This document shows, one piece after another, positions 41,363 to 56,205 of a stretch of DNA of 64,000 nucleotides. The position numbers and the translations under genes were made by a program. The first letter of the stretch is position 1; the number at the start of each line of letters is the position of its first letter. The notes under the pieces are model-generated. The model was not told where the DNA came from and did not search any database. It was given only the letters and a program-made list of their open reading frames with translations. The DNA is from Octopus vulgaris (Eukaryota), in the NCBI GenBank assembly GCA_951406725.2, contig OX597825.1, forward strand, positions 4,650,001-4,714,000. Direction: 5' to 3'.

Positions 41363-42249
41363 ATATATATATATATAAAACAAAGACGAGGTTAAACAAC
41401 AAACGCACAACGTATTAGGTTGATGCTCAAGAATTTGGTTAGGAAATAACAAAAATATATTCCTTACCTCTCGACTGTTCACTCTTCTCACAGAAAGGAC
41501 AAAGAAGGAAAAAAAAGGAGAGAAGATAAATATATCTGCGTTCTTGTATATAAATCTTTAAATCTTTAAATTGTTTCAGAAATTAGAACCCTCTCTCTTC
41601 TCTCACATTCTCAGACTTTCCGCTTCTATCTGTGATTTTACATATCGCAGTAACTGTGGTCATGCTGGGGCACCAGTACATATATAAATTATACAAACAA
41701 TTCATTACACGCGAAGATATTGTATTAGTTTTAATGTAAATGAATGGGTGAAGGTATTGTTCAGCGTTTCGTATGTATTTGTCATTCGTCGTAGAACAAA
41801 CAGAGAGTGACGTGGGAAGAGCAACAGAGTGAGATATTGTGCAGCAAGGAATGTCTACACCTCCTTCTGCCACTGGGAATATGCGAAGTACTAACACCAC
41901 ATTTAGATTTTCTGTAAGATGTCTACTTAGTCTTTGGATTTCTCCATCAGTGGTAGAATCAGTAACGTGCCGGACTACATGCATTTTGAAATAATGGAAT
42001 TATATCTTTTCGTTTGTTCACCGGTGTTTATTTTTAACACCCTGTGCAATGAGGGAGTTGTCCTTCAGTCGCTTTGTCGCAGCCAACCGAGGCGAGTTAA
42101 GTCACCTGTCAATGACAAACCATATACATTGAGAACATGTGATCGATAATGGTTATAGCACAAGCGTTGCTTTTAATTCCTTACTGAATTCGATCTTTGA
42201 GTTTTTTCTGTTTGAATACCTTGCGAACCGTTTCAATTGGAAAATATTA

Positions 42250-42790
42250 TTTTTTTTCTACTCTAAGCACAATGCCTGAAATCTAGGGAGGGGTGTGAAT
42301 CGCTTACATGGACCCCATTATTTGACTTGTACTTAGTTTATCGACCCCGAAAAGATTAAATGGAATATTGACATCGGAGGAATTTGAATTCTGCACTAAA
42401 AAAAGAAATTCCATAAGCTTGTTGTCTTCCATGCTAACGATTCTGTCGGCTCCCCGAATCTGTGCCGAATATAATAATTATTCTTTCTATTATAGCCACA
42501 CGGCCTAGGAATTTTGTGGGAGAAGGCAAAGTGACATCAACCGCATTGCTTGGGTGAGAGTCCTTTTATCGAAAGGACGAAAGGCAAAATCGGCCCTGGT
42601 GGGGTTTGATCTCAACATAAAGCCGGAAGAAACACAGATAAGCATTTTGGCATCGACCAAATAAAAAAAAATAACACTTGCGATAGCTTGCCACCCTTAC
42701 ACAGAGAATGATAATTCTTTTTACTATAGAATCTAAGCCTTGAAATATGTGCGGAAAATGCCTGTCGATTACATTGAACTCGGTGCGTGG
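42250..42790 (-). mobile_element. Cluster of diverged family-B SINE copies
   Basis: TTTATCGACCCCGAAAAG...GGAATTTGAA and TCGAAAGGACGAAAGGCAAAATCGGCC blocks. Confidence 0.6.
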
Positions 42791-43135
42791 ATCAAACCCG
42801 ACACCTTTCAATAACAGGAAAAAATAATGCTAGTATCATATTTGTATATATTGAAGAAATTAGAACCCTCTCTCTCTCTCTTCTCTCACATTCTCAGACT
42901 TTCCACTTCTATCTGTGATTTTACATATCGCAGTGAAATACCCCGACCTTTGGCCAAAGTTAGAATTCAATAATTCAATAATGCTATATGCAACGGAAAG
43001 CGGGAGCGCATTCCCATAACCCACATATACTCACAAAGTACAACACAACACATAGACAGCCAAGTGCTCAAAGGATATGATAATAACACACATACAAGCA
43101 GACACACACACACACAATTGTAGGTGCGTATAAGC

Positions 43136-43181
<46 letters not shown>

Positions 43182-43248
43182 ATATATATATATGTATGTG
43201 TGTGTATATATATATGTATGTATGTATATGTATGTGTATGTGTGTGTG

Positions 43249-43344
43249 TGTGTATGTGTGTATAACGCATTATATATGTATGTGCATGTGTAGATATATC
43301 TACACATGCACATACATATATAATGCGTTATACACACATACACA
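43249..43344. repeat. Perfect 96-bp spacerless palindrome
   Basis: ...TATAACGCATTATATATGTATGTGCATGTGTAGATA|TATCTACACATGCACATACATATATAATGCGTTATA...; centre at 43296/43297. Confidence 0.9.
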
Positions 43345-43683
43345 TAAGTACACAACACAAAATAAAAACACACGCATTCTTATGCCTATGGGTGAGTGCA
43401 TATAGCGATTTCAGAATGAGATGCTGAAAGTCTGTGTGTGTGTGTGTATGTGTGTGTGTGTGTGCGTGTGTGTCTTCGAAATCAATAGCCTACCCTCACT
43501 ATCTGCGTGTATACGTTTGAGAATGTATTTGTATGTATGTATGTATGTATGTATGTATGTATGTATGGATGGATGGATGGATGGATGGATGGATGGATGG
43601 ATGCATGCATGTATCTCTATGTTGCCGTATATATATATATATATACATATATATGCATGTATATATGTACGTTTATATGCATG

Positions 43684-43732
<49 letters not shown>

Positions 43733-43855
43733 ATTCATATGTGTGTGTGTGTGTCATGTATATATATAGGAATATTGTATATGAGCAGTGAAACACGTGC
43801 GTATATGGTTGTGTATATACTTGAATGTATGTACATATATATGCATGTATACGTA

Positions 43856-43966
<111 letters not shown>

Positions 43967-44078
43967 CAGATATAGATATATATATATATACATACATATA
44001 TATATATATACATACATATATCTTTACTCTTACTCTTTTACTTGTTTCAGTCATTTGACTGCGGCCATGCTGGAGCAC

Positions 44079-44125
<47 letters not shown>

Positions 44126-44567
44126 TATATATGCATAATGCGTGCAAGAGAGAGAGAGAGGGGGAGAGAGAGTCATAGTACTTAGAAACATGTGCAGGGT
44201 GGGAAGACGCTTCTGTAGAAGCATAATACTTTATACAACAGAATGCCAAGACACACACACACACACACACACACACGCGCATGCATCACAGCTCGAGTAA
44301 ATATAGATTTACTTTGGAGCGCACACGTGTACCTGTATCCACATTTACTCCCACGAAGAAGGAAGACAGTGAGAGCTTCTGTTACTTCTGAAATATAGAT
44401 TTTTGCACATATATTGGAGTGGAGATGAGTAGGAATCCCAGCATGAATTAGTAAATCTGTTGGCAAAAACCTTTTGTTCAATATCTAATTTTAATTAACT
44501 CACGTATCATCATACCTTTCCTTATACAGATGAACCATATACACACATACACAAACATGTTCGCACA

Positions 44568-44628
<61 letters not shown>

Positions 44629-45282
44629 ATATATATACATATATATGTATATATGTATGTGAATATATACATATACGTGTGTGTGCGGGTGTGTGGGAAG
44701 TGTACATATATATATATAGAGAGAGAGAGAGATAGATAGATATAGATATAGATATGTATGTACGTATACATATGTATATATAGATATATATGTAATATGC
44801 ATATATATATATATATACATATATATATGTCTGTGTGTGTGTATATACGTATATATGTATGTATATATGTATATCTGCATGCATGTATGTATATATACAC
44901 ATCTACACACACACACACACACACATGTATATATATATATATATATACATACACATACATACACACACACACACATACATATATATGATCGTTGTGTGAT
45001 ATATGGAGAGGCATATCGGTTACCTGCTTTCCTATGTACACCATTAGTTTAACAATTTTCTTCTCTATGTTTTGTAATTGCTGTTTTACTAATGGACACA
45101 TGATACATTAATCGTGCACGCCTCGGATTTTTCTCTTACTTCATTCTTCACACACACACACACACACACATATACTCTCTCTCTCTCTCTCCCTCACTCT
45201 CTCTGACTATCACTCCCCCACTCACTCTCTCACTCATTCACTTTCTCTCTCTCTCTCTCTCTCACTCTCACTCTCTCTTCCC

Positions 45283-45314
<32 letters not shown>

Positions 45315-45639
45315 ATACATACCTCTCAATATATCTCTCGCACAATCTCTCAGCAAGTACAGCAACTTCGTAGTAAATTGGTTTTGAGGAGCGTGGAATC
45401 ATCACTTCACAGCTATCAGCTCCCAGGTCAACTTCGGCTCAAAGTAGTAGCACCTGTTAGGGTGCCACTTATGGGTTAATTAGCATATCGACAACTAGGT
45501 TTACAAGACCCCTAGTTTATGTTAGAAATTCTTTCCTCTACAAGATAAGTTCATTTAAACAAAAACCTGCACAGCAGATGGTTTCTCATTTTCATCTTTG
45601 TTTCGCCTGTGGCTTGTGTGTGGCCTGTGTGTGTGATTA

Positions 45640-45790
45640 TGACAGGCTTCTTTCACTTACTGTCCACTCACAAACCTCAGGTCAGTGGAGACTAGTGTGT
45701 GAGACTCTGGCCCAAGGTAACACGCAGTGGGACTGAACCAAAATCCACGAGGTTATAAAACTAACTTCTTACCACTCATCTGCGCCTGTA
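45640..45790 (-). mobile_element. Family-C SINE head, diverged
   Basis: CCCAAGGTAACACGCAGTGGGACTGAACC is the reverse complement of the 53153 SINE head. Confidence 0.65.
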
Positions 45791-46680
45791 TTGTTGATAT
45801 TTAATCTCAGATGAAACCCGATCGAGATGACCGACGACCAAAATTATTCTCACCACCCCATCTGTTTTCTAAGTTAGTATGGTTGTTGTATGATTATTAC
45901 TTCTCGCGAGTCTTGGGAGGACTTAGAGATTCTGTCGCTCGATTATTGATGTTGTTTAGCCTTAGGTTTCCACTCTGAGCAAACAAATTTATGGTGAAAA
46001 GCGTTCCAACCCTGGCTAAAGATTCTTTTGGGATATCTGTGACTTCAAAATTACTAAAAGCTTCTCGTATCCAGAAACTATCATCGCTTCTCAACCCACT
46101 TCTGTTCGATTAAATTTCATCTAAAAGCTTCACACCTGTTCCACGGCTGTTCCAAATGATTGGTTTCTTTATTACTGAGGATCTTTTCTGAAGGTACATC
46201 CGAGACGTTGCTAGCAATGCACCTCGAAGACTGGTCTTTCAGTTCAAATCCAGAAAATTCCTTGTCTCTCTAACAATAATTATTTACATTCTCCGAAGGT
46301 CAGGTACAGTTCACATCCAGTACAGTGCCTTAGATGTCCCTGAGAAACTATTACTATTTATAAATAGTGATTTAACTGCAATGCACTCTCGGAGTAGCTG
46401 AGGCGTTTTACATCGACGTTGATGGATAATTATTGAGATACAAATCTCTAAGGAGATTGCCAATTATTTTACAGTTTATTCAAAAGAACAGTAAGATATT
46501 TTCACATCTTAGCCTTTACAGCGAAAACATTCAAATAAATACCTGTACAGTTAGTTACATTATACGTTGTTTTATATAAATGTATTTTATTTAAATAACT
46601 ACATAATAATATATATATATATATAAGTGTAATATATATTATGTCTATGTTTGTGTATGTGTGTTTGTGTGTGCGTGCGT

Positions 46681-46713
<33 letters not shown>

Positions 46714-46719
46714 AGTGAG

Positions 46720-46766
<47 letters not shown>

Positions 46767-46917
46767 ATTCACTACAAGGGCACGTACGTGTATGTCTGAA
46801 ACACCGTGTCTGAATGCGTTCATTAAAAGATCAACATTAGGAATATGAATAAACAAACATACAGTCAGTGACACAAAAAACACGCAGAGCTCTCTCTCTC
46901 TCTCTCTCTCTCTCTCT

Positions 46918-46951
<34 letters not shown>

Positions 46952-47809
46952 CTCCCTCTTTTTCTCTCTCTCGTTCCGTCCATCCACCCTTACTACTTCC
47001 CTTTCTACAATACTTTTCAAGAAGGCTACTTGAGCAAAATTTACTAATAATTCCCTTCCTAGTTATTTTATCATTCTCAAGATCAATTATGTTTCTGTTT
47101 TTTTTTTAATAAAAACGAGAGCTCGCGATATAGCTGCAAAGAAAGAAAGAAAGAAACAGAAAGAACAAAAGGGACAGATAATGAGAAAGAAGGGTTGGCA
47201 TCTACTGGAGATTACGAAGTTAGTTATGGTAATTTCAGAGAGACAGGGGGCGCATGAGGCTGAAGGGTTTGTTGAGTGTTATACTTCTATAAGATTCTAC
47301 TTGGGAACTACTTCATATGCGACAAGCGGCAAAACGTGTTGATAAACTTAAACATTCATATTATCTCCCCCAACGCAGACACACACAAACCAATACATTA
47401 ACGACAAGGAATTTAACACTTAAATTTATTTCATAATGTTTGTTTGTTCCGGCTGGTTTGGTGGCCGGATTTTTGAGTGGTTTTTATCGGTGGAGTTTGT
47501 GTGTGCATTCTTTCATTAAAGTTTTGTTCAATTAAAAAATTACAAAAAAAAAACTACAACATGAAATGTGTGAATATAATATTATGTGTATGGGCCCCTG
47601 TGTATGCGTATCTGTATGAGTGTGAGCGTCGTCTCTGTGCGTGAGTGTGTATGTCTGTATTCATATTTGCGCATATCCATATATGTATAAAGAAATAAAT
47701 GTACAATTTACGTATGTCTTTCTCACTATATATATATATATATAGTGAGAAAGAGAGACGGGGTGAGAGAGGGAGATAGTCAGACAGATAGATAGATAAA
47801 CGGATAGAC

Positions 47810-47876
<67 letters not shown>

Positions 47877-49597
47877 AATGCGCGCATGTATATATATTTA
47901 TATATAGATATGTATATGTGTGTGTGTATGTATATATATATATATACATAAATATATATACATACATATATATACATATATATATATATGAGTGTATATT
48001 CTTGTATTCTTTTATTCATTTCTAGCCACGGTACTGTGGTCATGCTGGAGCACAAACTGTGATTTTATACTTCTGCATATTCTTATTTTGTTGGTGATTT
48101 CTTCAGGGTGGTGGCATTTCATATCATCATTCCTGCATGTGCTTTTGCCTGTGGTTTCCGGCCCCAATTTGCCGTATGATGGACTTAACACTGCTGCCCT
48201 CATCTGTTCCTCGTGCTAGTCTTATGGTTTATTCCCTAACGTTGGTAGGTAAAGGTCCTGTTTCCTTTTGAAGATATTCACGTCTACATTGTGTATCTTT
48301 TAAAATTGTTTTGGTAGGACATTGAAGAGATGTGTACCTTTAGACCCTAAATTATTGCAGTACCTGGTCCTGATTTTCGATAGGGTTCATAGCACCGTTG
48401 TGACAATGCAACAGCGTCCATCCCAGTCATTTGTAGAACACTCGATGTCAAAATTAACTTCTAGTCTTTCCAGAGTTTTCTATATGTAGATTACTACATA
48501 TCTTTCACGTCTTCTCTTCAGGGAGTAAAGTCGTAATTCTTTCAGCTTCCTCCGAAGTTCATCTGTTGCAATGTTTATCGTACAGTGACATTAGATCCGT
48601 TCAAGCTCCGTTCTTAGTTTGGCGCTATGTGTAGGTCACATCTGAGAGCAGTTGTTCAGGCTGAGAACAAATGTCCCCCACAAGGTCAACATAACTTTTT
48701 ATCTTTGCTTTTCCAGGGCCTTAGTAGCAACCCTGTCAATTGTCTGCACGTTGACGTCATGCTGACAATGTGCCTACGAAATGATACATCATTACTGATC
48801 CCCGCAAGTCTACCACTGTCTGTGATTCTGGGATTTCAGTGACTTCGGGTCCTTCGTATGCAGGTTGTGATGCATTTGTGACATGATAGCGCAGTGTTTA
48901 AAATTTTTCCGACATTAAACTGCGTGTTGTTTTCTACAGTCTACATGTATATTGCATTTAGGTCTCGATATAAGTTTGTATATGTATAAACACACACATA
49001 TGTATGTCTGTGGCGAGAGACAGAGCGAAAGATATATATATAAACATAGATACATATATAAATATGTTTACATATTCATGCATTAAATTAGCATAGTAAA
49101 TGCTAGCATACGTAATGTAGCAAAATAAAGAATTATAACTAAATATAATCACACACGTATCAAGGAAAACGAATCATTATCTAGATTATTTATTCCGAAA
49201 AACGAACAGCCGGTGAAAATAACTACAGCAATTTAATTGACGAAAACAATGTATAGCCTAATAAAAAATGGATATTGGATTCACAAATTTGAAGCAATTT
49301 CATTCTCAATAGACCTTAACATTGAAGAATTGTCTCACTATCACTGCAGACATTAGACTGAATCGTTCTAACCTGGCAATCAATATTTAATTGAATTTTA
49401 ATTAAGAACAAACTTTAGGAATTTGGTCATTTCTCTTGTGGTTGTTTCGATTTTTTTTTATTTTGTTTCTTTCAAGAATTGTTGTAATTTGAATTTATAT
49501 TTAAAATTTTCTGAAAATTCTCTTCTCGCGAAATCAAGAATTTTAGTTTTATGATTTAATGTAGCAAGCAGCCAGGGATTTCAATATATGTCCTTTC

Positions 49598-49669
<72 letters not shown>

Positions 49670-49750
49670 CACATGTATACGTAGCATATAAATTAATATA
49701 AGCTTCAGCAAACTGAAACACACGTACATATATACATAATATAGCTATTA

Positions 49751-50238
49751 CAGTAATCCTTTGACTATCGTGAGTGTTACGTTCCAAAACCTCCCGCGAT
49801 AGGTGAAAGTCCGCGAAGTAGAAACAGTACTGTACTGTATATATAGTTTTATCACTTTTATAATTTCTATATATTTATTTTATTATAAATGCAAAACAAC
49901 ACCACACACTCGATTCCCAAGTTTCATTTTCCATACAGTGTGTGCGATTCTTTGTTTATTCATCTACGGTACACTCCGTATTTTCTTTTAATATATTTTA
50001 ATTAATGTGTGATACACTACAGTACTGTACTCCATTTTCATTTATTAACTTTTAGGCGTGAAAATCCTTATTTTACCACAGAAATAATTAACATCTAAAA
50101 CAATATAAGTACCCATCGGCAGCAGAAACACGCGATATTCTGCGGAGTCCGCGATTCAAATATACATATATTAACCAAAAAAGTCCACGATACACTGAGT
50201 GCGCGATAGGTGAACCGCGAAATGGTGAGGGATTACTG
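49751..50238. mobile_element. Tigger/pogo-like MITE
   Basis: TIRs CAGTAATCC(T/C)T..CTATCG / CGAAATGGTGAGGGATTACTG. Preceded by TA, has internal CGCGATAGGTGAA subterminal repeats, and has no ORF. Confidence 0.8.
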
Positions 50239-51274
50239 TGTATAGTCATTCATATGTTTACTCAATACAACTTTATGTACTTTTCCTCCTCTCTACTTAG
50301 ATATTACCTTGCATCGTCTGATCTTTTCCCAGCGATATAAACACATCAACAATAATTCATTAAGTATCCTTAAAATTATAACTTGAAATTAATTCGAAAA
50401 CCTAACTCACATTATGCTTTCCAATATAACAAATGTTTAGTGTCTACACACATTTGTTCACCTAATTGCACTTTCAATATTAATTCATATATTTTCCAGT
50501 ATTTCTCACTCATGTGACCATTGATACACATCATCTAACGCATAGGACAATTATCCTTCAATTATATTTTGAGAAACACGTAAACAATCCCCTTAAATTT
50601 TGCATTAGATAGCCACCTTACATCTCTCATTCCCCCATGTTCGTTCTCCTACTTCCAATCTGCTGTAGTTTCACTACAAAATCTTAAGTGTATTCTCAAA
50701 TAGAAAATCTATTCATAAATGCACCAATAACTAACCAGAAAATATTAAAAATTAATATAAACATAATTACACATCAATTGTCTCTCAAACACCTATCTAT
50801 TCTACTTTATAAAGTATTTACAATACCTTTCATCCTTAACTTTACCAAATTAAACTTCATGCATACCATAAGACAATATAAGCTTCTATATTTTTATGCT
50901 CAATCAATTCTCTTATATAACTTTGTTACCATCTGCGTAAGTCTCTTCATAGGCAGGATTATTAATGTCGGAAAAATATCCTGCGTTATTAGTTCAAGCT
51001 CGTCACAGTTCAAATTCAGCCGAGGTGGCTGAAGAGAATGATGACATCTATGGATTATTGATTTTGCAAATCCAGGCAGGACCCGAGACACATTTTCAGC
51101 TTTGTGAAAATTATTATTGGAGTAACAGGACAAATGCGGTTATACTTGGACTCCTGGGGAGAGAATACAATTCTTTAACCCATACGCTACAAAGGATCCC
51201 GATACCTGGGTCTATAAAAGACTGCAAGATCTGAAGATTTTAAGGATGGCGGTTAAATCAAGATACTTTCCTTC

Positions 51275-51536
51275 ATTCATACATGCATGTATACTTACAT
51301 ACATTCATGCATACATTCATACATACATACACACACAATACATACATACATACATACATACATACATACATACATACATACATACATGCATGCATACATG
51401 CATACATACATACATACATACATACATACATTCATACATACAGACATACATACACACATACATACATACATACATACATACATTCATACATACATTCATA
51501 CATACAGACATACATACATACACATACATACATACA

Positions 51537-51567
<31 letters not shown>

Positions 51568-51685
51568 TCATACATACATACCTACATACACACATACATA
51601 CATAAATTCGTATGTACGTATTTACGTACATACAGACATACATACATGCACCATGCATGCATACATACATATATACATACATACC
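51275..51685. repeat. (TACA)n microsatellite
   Basis: Directly visible. Confidence 0.95.
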
Positions 51686-52080
51686 ATAGCTTAGTATATC
51701 TTATCATAAGCAATGCTAAACGTTTTGCACCAATTGATCTTCCAGTTGCCATTATCGTCATCGGCAGAAATTAATGGCTGCTCACGTAAGTAATGTTCAC
51801 CTTGTTACGTGGAACATTGTCTTGTCTGTAATTAAGGAGACAGCACATGTTTTTTTCCTAATTAATCCCTACAGCTTATTAATACATATCGGTTCCCTTT
51901 CAAACATAGTTAACTATGTAATAACTATAAGCATCAACTGGAAATACAGTCGTACAGTTTTTAATCTACTCGCGTTGGATCATCATCGATCCAGAACAGA
52001 GATTAAAGTGTTTGGGGGAAATGATTCTTGATTAGTTTTACCAGGATTATGATAACAAGATCTAAATACGAATGTGTGTC

Positions 52081-52155
<75 letters not shown>

Positions 52156-52206
52156 TATATATATATATATATATTTATATATGTATGTATATCTATCTAT
52201 CTAACT

Positions 52207-52272
<66 letters not shown>

Positions 52273-52919
52273 ATAGATAGATATACATACATATATATAT
52301 ATATACAGACACATATATGTAAAGGGGAACCGATGTGTATTAATAAGCTGTAGAGATTAATTAGAAAAAAACATGTGCTCTTTCCTTAATTACAGACAAG
52401 ACAATGTTCAAGGTGTTCTTAGAACGTAATAAAACTACTTCGTTAGATATATTTTCTTAAATTATCTCACTACAGAGATAATTTCGGCTTAATTACGCAT
52501 TTAAGGTACGTATTTGTGTCATTCACCTGAAAACATCATTTACCCACGATAGCATTCATATTAGTCTAACAACTATATAGCTACCAAAACAATCTCGAAG
52601 CTCATTCATATATTTCTCTGATAACTAAAAAGAAAATGAACGGTTTCAGATTATGCATTAAATTACAAAAACATTTTCCAGTGGACATTTTCTTTTTTTT
52701 TTTTTTTCATTCGAGCATCTAAAAAGGGATATTTGAAAGATTTCTTCCGTATAATAGCTGAACAGCTGTCATATTTACACAGGATGTGGGTTCGTGTCCC
52801 ACGGACAGCCTCAAACTCTTTCTATCGAAATAGCTCCCTATTTACAAACTGTTTTGTAGTTTTATCTTCGTCGAATTTCACGTTTAAGTTAAAATCTCTT
52901 GATTATTATAATATAAATA

Positions 52920-52950
<31 letters not shown>

Positions 52951-53152
52951 CAGAGATACACGCACAGATAGACCCAAACACACACACACACATGATACAA
53001 TTCACTCTGCCAGAAGTTTGGCGACGACATGCTAAATTGCTTGGCATTCTCGCCGGAAGCTCCAGTACGAACAAATGAGGAACACAGCGACTGTTGGTGT
53101 GCGATGTCCCCAAAACACGTACTGAGAGTGTTAAATATAAAAAATCCAGTCA

Positions 53153-53570
53153 AGGAGTAGGAGTGGCTGTGTGATAAGTAGCTTGCTTATGAACCACATG
53201 GTTCCAGATTCAGTCCCACTGCGTGGCACCTTGGGCAAGTGTCTTCTACTATAGCCTCGGGCCGACCAAAGCCTTGTGAGTGAATTTGGTAGACGGAAAC
53301 TGAAAGAAGCCCGACGTATATATGTATATATATGTATGTGTGTGTATATGGTTGTGTGTCTGTGTTTGTCCCCCCAACATCGCTTGACAACCGATGCTGG
53401 TGTGTTTACGCCCCCGTAATTTAGCGGTTCGGCATATGAGACCGATAGAATAAGTACAAGGCTTACAAAGAATAAGTCCTGGGGTCGATTTGCTCGACTA
53501 AAGGCGGTGCTCCAGCATGGCCACTGTCAAATGACTGAAACAAATAAAAGAAAGAGTGAAAGAAAAGAAA
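53153..53570 (+). mobile_element. Full-length family-C tRNA-derived SINE (CORE-like body)
   Basis: A box GTGGCTGTGTGATAA, B-box-like GATTCAGTCCC, GCACCTTGGGCAAGTGTCTT body and A-rich tail. Partial copies at 44022-44082, 48010-48053 and 55565-55685. Confidence 0.85.
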
Positions 53571-53572
53571 GA

Positions 53573-53863
53573 AGCATCATGGTACTTGGAGTAATCACTA
53601 ATGATGGCGACGTTATGCCTCCATTCATCTTCCCACGGGGCCTCAGAATCAACACGGAGGCCTACATCAACTACCTGAGACGGTAGTGTCGCTCTTGGTC
53701 AAAAGAGTGGCTGCTGGAAGACTCTATGCCTGGCAACAGGAATCTGCACCATGCCACAAAAACAGGAGAACCCAGTCATGGTTATCAGACAATTTCTGCG
53801 ACCACATCACCCCTAACATCTGAGCACCTAACTACCCACACCGCTACCCCTTGATTATTATGT
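53573..53863 (+). pseudogene. Tc1/mariner-superfamily (maT/DD37D-like) transposase fragment
   Basis: IMVLGVITNDGDVMPPFIF, WQQESAPCH...TQSWLSDNF and degenerate PN.P...PLDYY; contains a stop and a frameshift. Confidence 0.75.
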
Positions 53864-53929
53864 ATATATACATATATGTGTGTGTGTGTGTGTGTGTGTT
53901 TGCATGAGTGTGTGTGTACATGCGAGTGT

Positions 53930-54360
53930 GTATGTGAATAAGAATGCAAGAGTCAAGGAATTGAGTAGATAAGATCCGAGCTACATATGTTTCATAGCGA
54001 ACGGAACCTCGGCAGTGATGAATATCCAAGCGAAATGTATACTGCAGGCTACTTTTCAGGCCAATGGTATCTTGATTAAATGAAAGGAGTACCTCGTAAG
54101 GAGGTACATGTCAACACACGGACGATTAAATCAGAATCGTCTGTGTGTTCGCATTCTGATCGAATCGTCCGTGTGTTAACATGTACTCCCTTAAGACATT
54201 GTAAATTTCATTTGATGAAGATACGCTTGGCCTGAAGAATAGTCTCCAGTTTACACGTCGCTTGGATATTTACCACTTCCAAGGTTCCGCTCGCTGTGAA
54301 ACATATGTATCCCGGATATGATTTACTCCATTCCTTAACTCTTGTATTTTAATCGCATAC
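53930..54360. mobile_element. Old ~430-bp fold-back element with HHR-like motif in both arms (Penelope-like)
   Basis: 53930-54085 is a diverged inverted repeat of 54206-54360, and the centre holds a nested hairpin. Minus 53979-54062: GGC-CTGAAAA-GTAGC...GCTAT-GAAAC-ATAT-GTA-GCT. Plus 54232-54309: CTGAAGA-ATAGT...GCTGT-GAAAC-ATAT-GTA. Confidence 0.65.
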
Positions 54361-55856
54361 CTGGCAACCCTGCTCGCTTAATGTGAAATATAAAACTTTT
54401 TTCTTTCTTTTCTTTTTGAGCTGACCATACTCCGATACAGAAAAAATCTACAAACCTTCCACCTCAATAAAACTTTATTGTTCCTGAAAATTGTTGTTTT
54501 ATATTTTCTACGGTTTACTTGAAGCTAACCTTCTTCCTACAGCTCGATCCTTGGATCTTACATCTATATTTATATAAATAAATATATAAGCTGATAGATA
54601 TATAAAACCGACGAATTGAAAGCTATCGTGATATGAAAGTGTCTAACACCAGAGATTCTATATCTGATGCTTGACAGCACAGGTTAATTTGAATAAGTTT
54701 ACGTAAGTTTATGTGTGGGTATTTCTATGATTATGTGTGCATATATCTATATATGTTTCTATGAATATGCATACGGACTATATTTCCTTGTATATCTCTA
54801 TGCGTTTGTGTTATTGTTGTCTATGTATTTGTGTAACTGACTCTCCCGTCAACGTATGAGTCTTCAGCGAGATAACAAAAAAAACACACACATCGAACCA
54901 AATAGACAATCAATAACACATAATATTATTACTACTATTCAACAATGCTTACGATTCACTGACTTCACCTGGTGACACCGCATGTGAGCCCTCGGGCCAC
55001 CAAAAGCAATATGGATATGAGCATGACTTATTAAACCAATACTTGGCCTGGCTGAGGAATCACAATGTGGAGAATAGTGGTATGCATCTATCTATGCATA
55101 CATGCATGTATGTATATGTATGTATGTATGTGTATGTATGTATGTATGTATGTATGTATGTATGTATGTATGTATGTATGTATATATGTATGTATATGTA
55201 TGTATGCATGTATGTTTGTATGTATGTATGTATGGATGGATAGTTGGATGGATGGATGAATGTATGTATGTACGTATATGAAGTAACACTCTCTCAAAAT
55301 CGGACACACAGACACATCGTCGCACGAACATCAGCGGTGTGCAATTTCACATTTTTTAAATATATATCAGCGAAATATTATATATCTGAGAATACAATAC
55401 AATTTAACAGGTGGCGGTGCTTGTGTCTTATGGATTTGAAATATAATGAATAACGAAAATATATGTATGTGTGTCTATATATACATATATATAAGCATGA
55501 GTATATGTGTCCATAAATCTATATATATATATATCGTATACATATACCATATATATATATATATAACCCTAGGTCTGTTCGACCAAAGGTTATAGTTGAA
55601 AACATTCGCCCATGTTCCTACGCTGTGAGGTTGAACCTAAGGCCCCATTTTTGGAAGGGGAATTTCCTACCACATAGCAACAGCTGCATACATACATACA
55701 TACATACATGCATACATACATACATGCATACATACATACATACATACATACATACATACATTCATACATACATACATACATACATACATACATACATTCA
55801 TACATACATACATACATACATACATACATACATACATACATACATACATACATACA

Positions 55857-56205
55857 TGATGTCCGTCCACTCGTGACTGAGGATGACCATTGCTGACCTT
55901 CAGGAACATTCAGGAACCAAGTTTTCACCATTCACTACACCAGCAGCGCGCTTTCGAGCGGCACGCTTAAGTTCTCCATGCTGAATACGTGCTCCCTTAA
56001 AGGTGTCGACCCCCTTCTTAACCTGATTCCTCCTTCTGTGGCGATGACAGGCATTGCTCTCCCAGCCAGTCTCCTGCATATCACAGGCCTTTAATGAGGA
56101 TTTGACGCAGTCCTTAAATCGCAGCCTTGGTTTCTGCCGGGGTCTCTTTCCATTCACAAGTTCTCCATATAGCATCTGCTTGGGGATCCTGCTATCCTTC
56201 ATTCT
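55857..56205 (-). mobile_element. RTE (BovB-like) LINE 3' end inserted in (TACA)n
   Basis: RMKDSRIPKQMLYGELVNGKRPRQKPRLRFKDCVKSSLK...W, followed by a short 3' UTR GTCATCCTCAGTCACGAGTGGACGG. Confidence 0.9.

Noticed and set aside
45890-48900. Further LINE relics (R4-like at 45.9-46.35 kb, RTE endonuclease-like at 48.1-48.8 kb; also 10.6-11.6 kb and 36.1-37.4 kb)
   Set aside because: Only isolated short motifs are visible, too decayed to call without a search.
54361-54372. CTGGCAACCCTG as a hAT TIR, making 53930-54372 a MITE
   Set aside because: There is no matching left TIR or 8-bp TSD. The HHR motifs in both arms fit a PLE fold-back better, though a MITE is not fully excluded.
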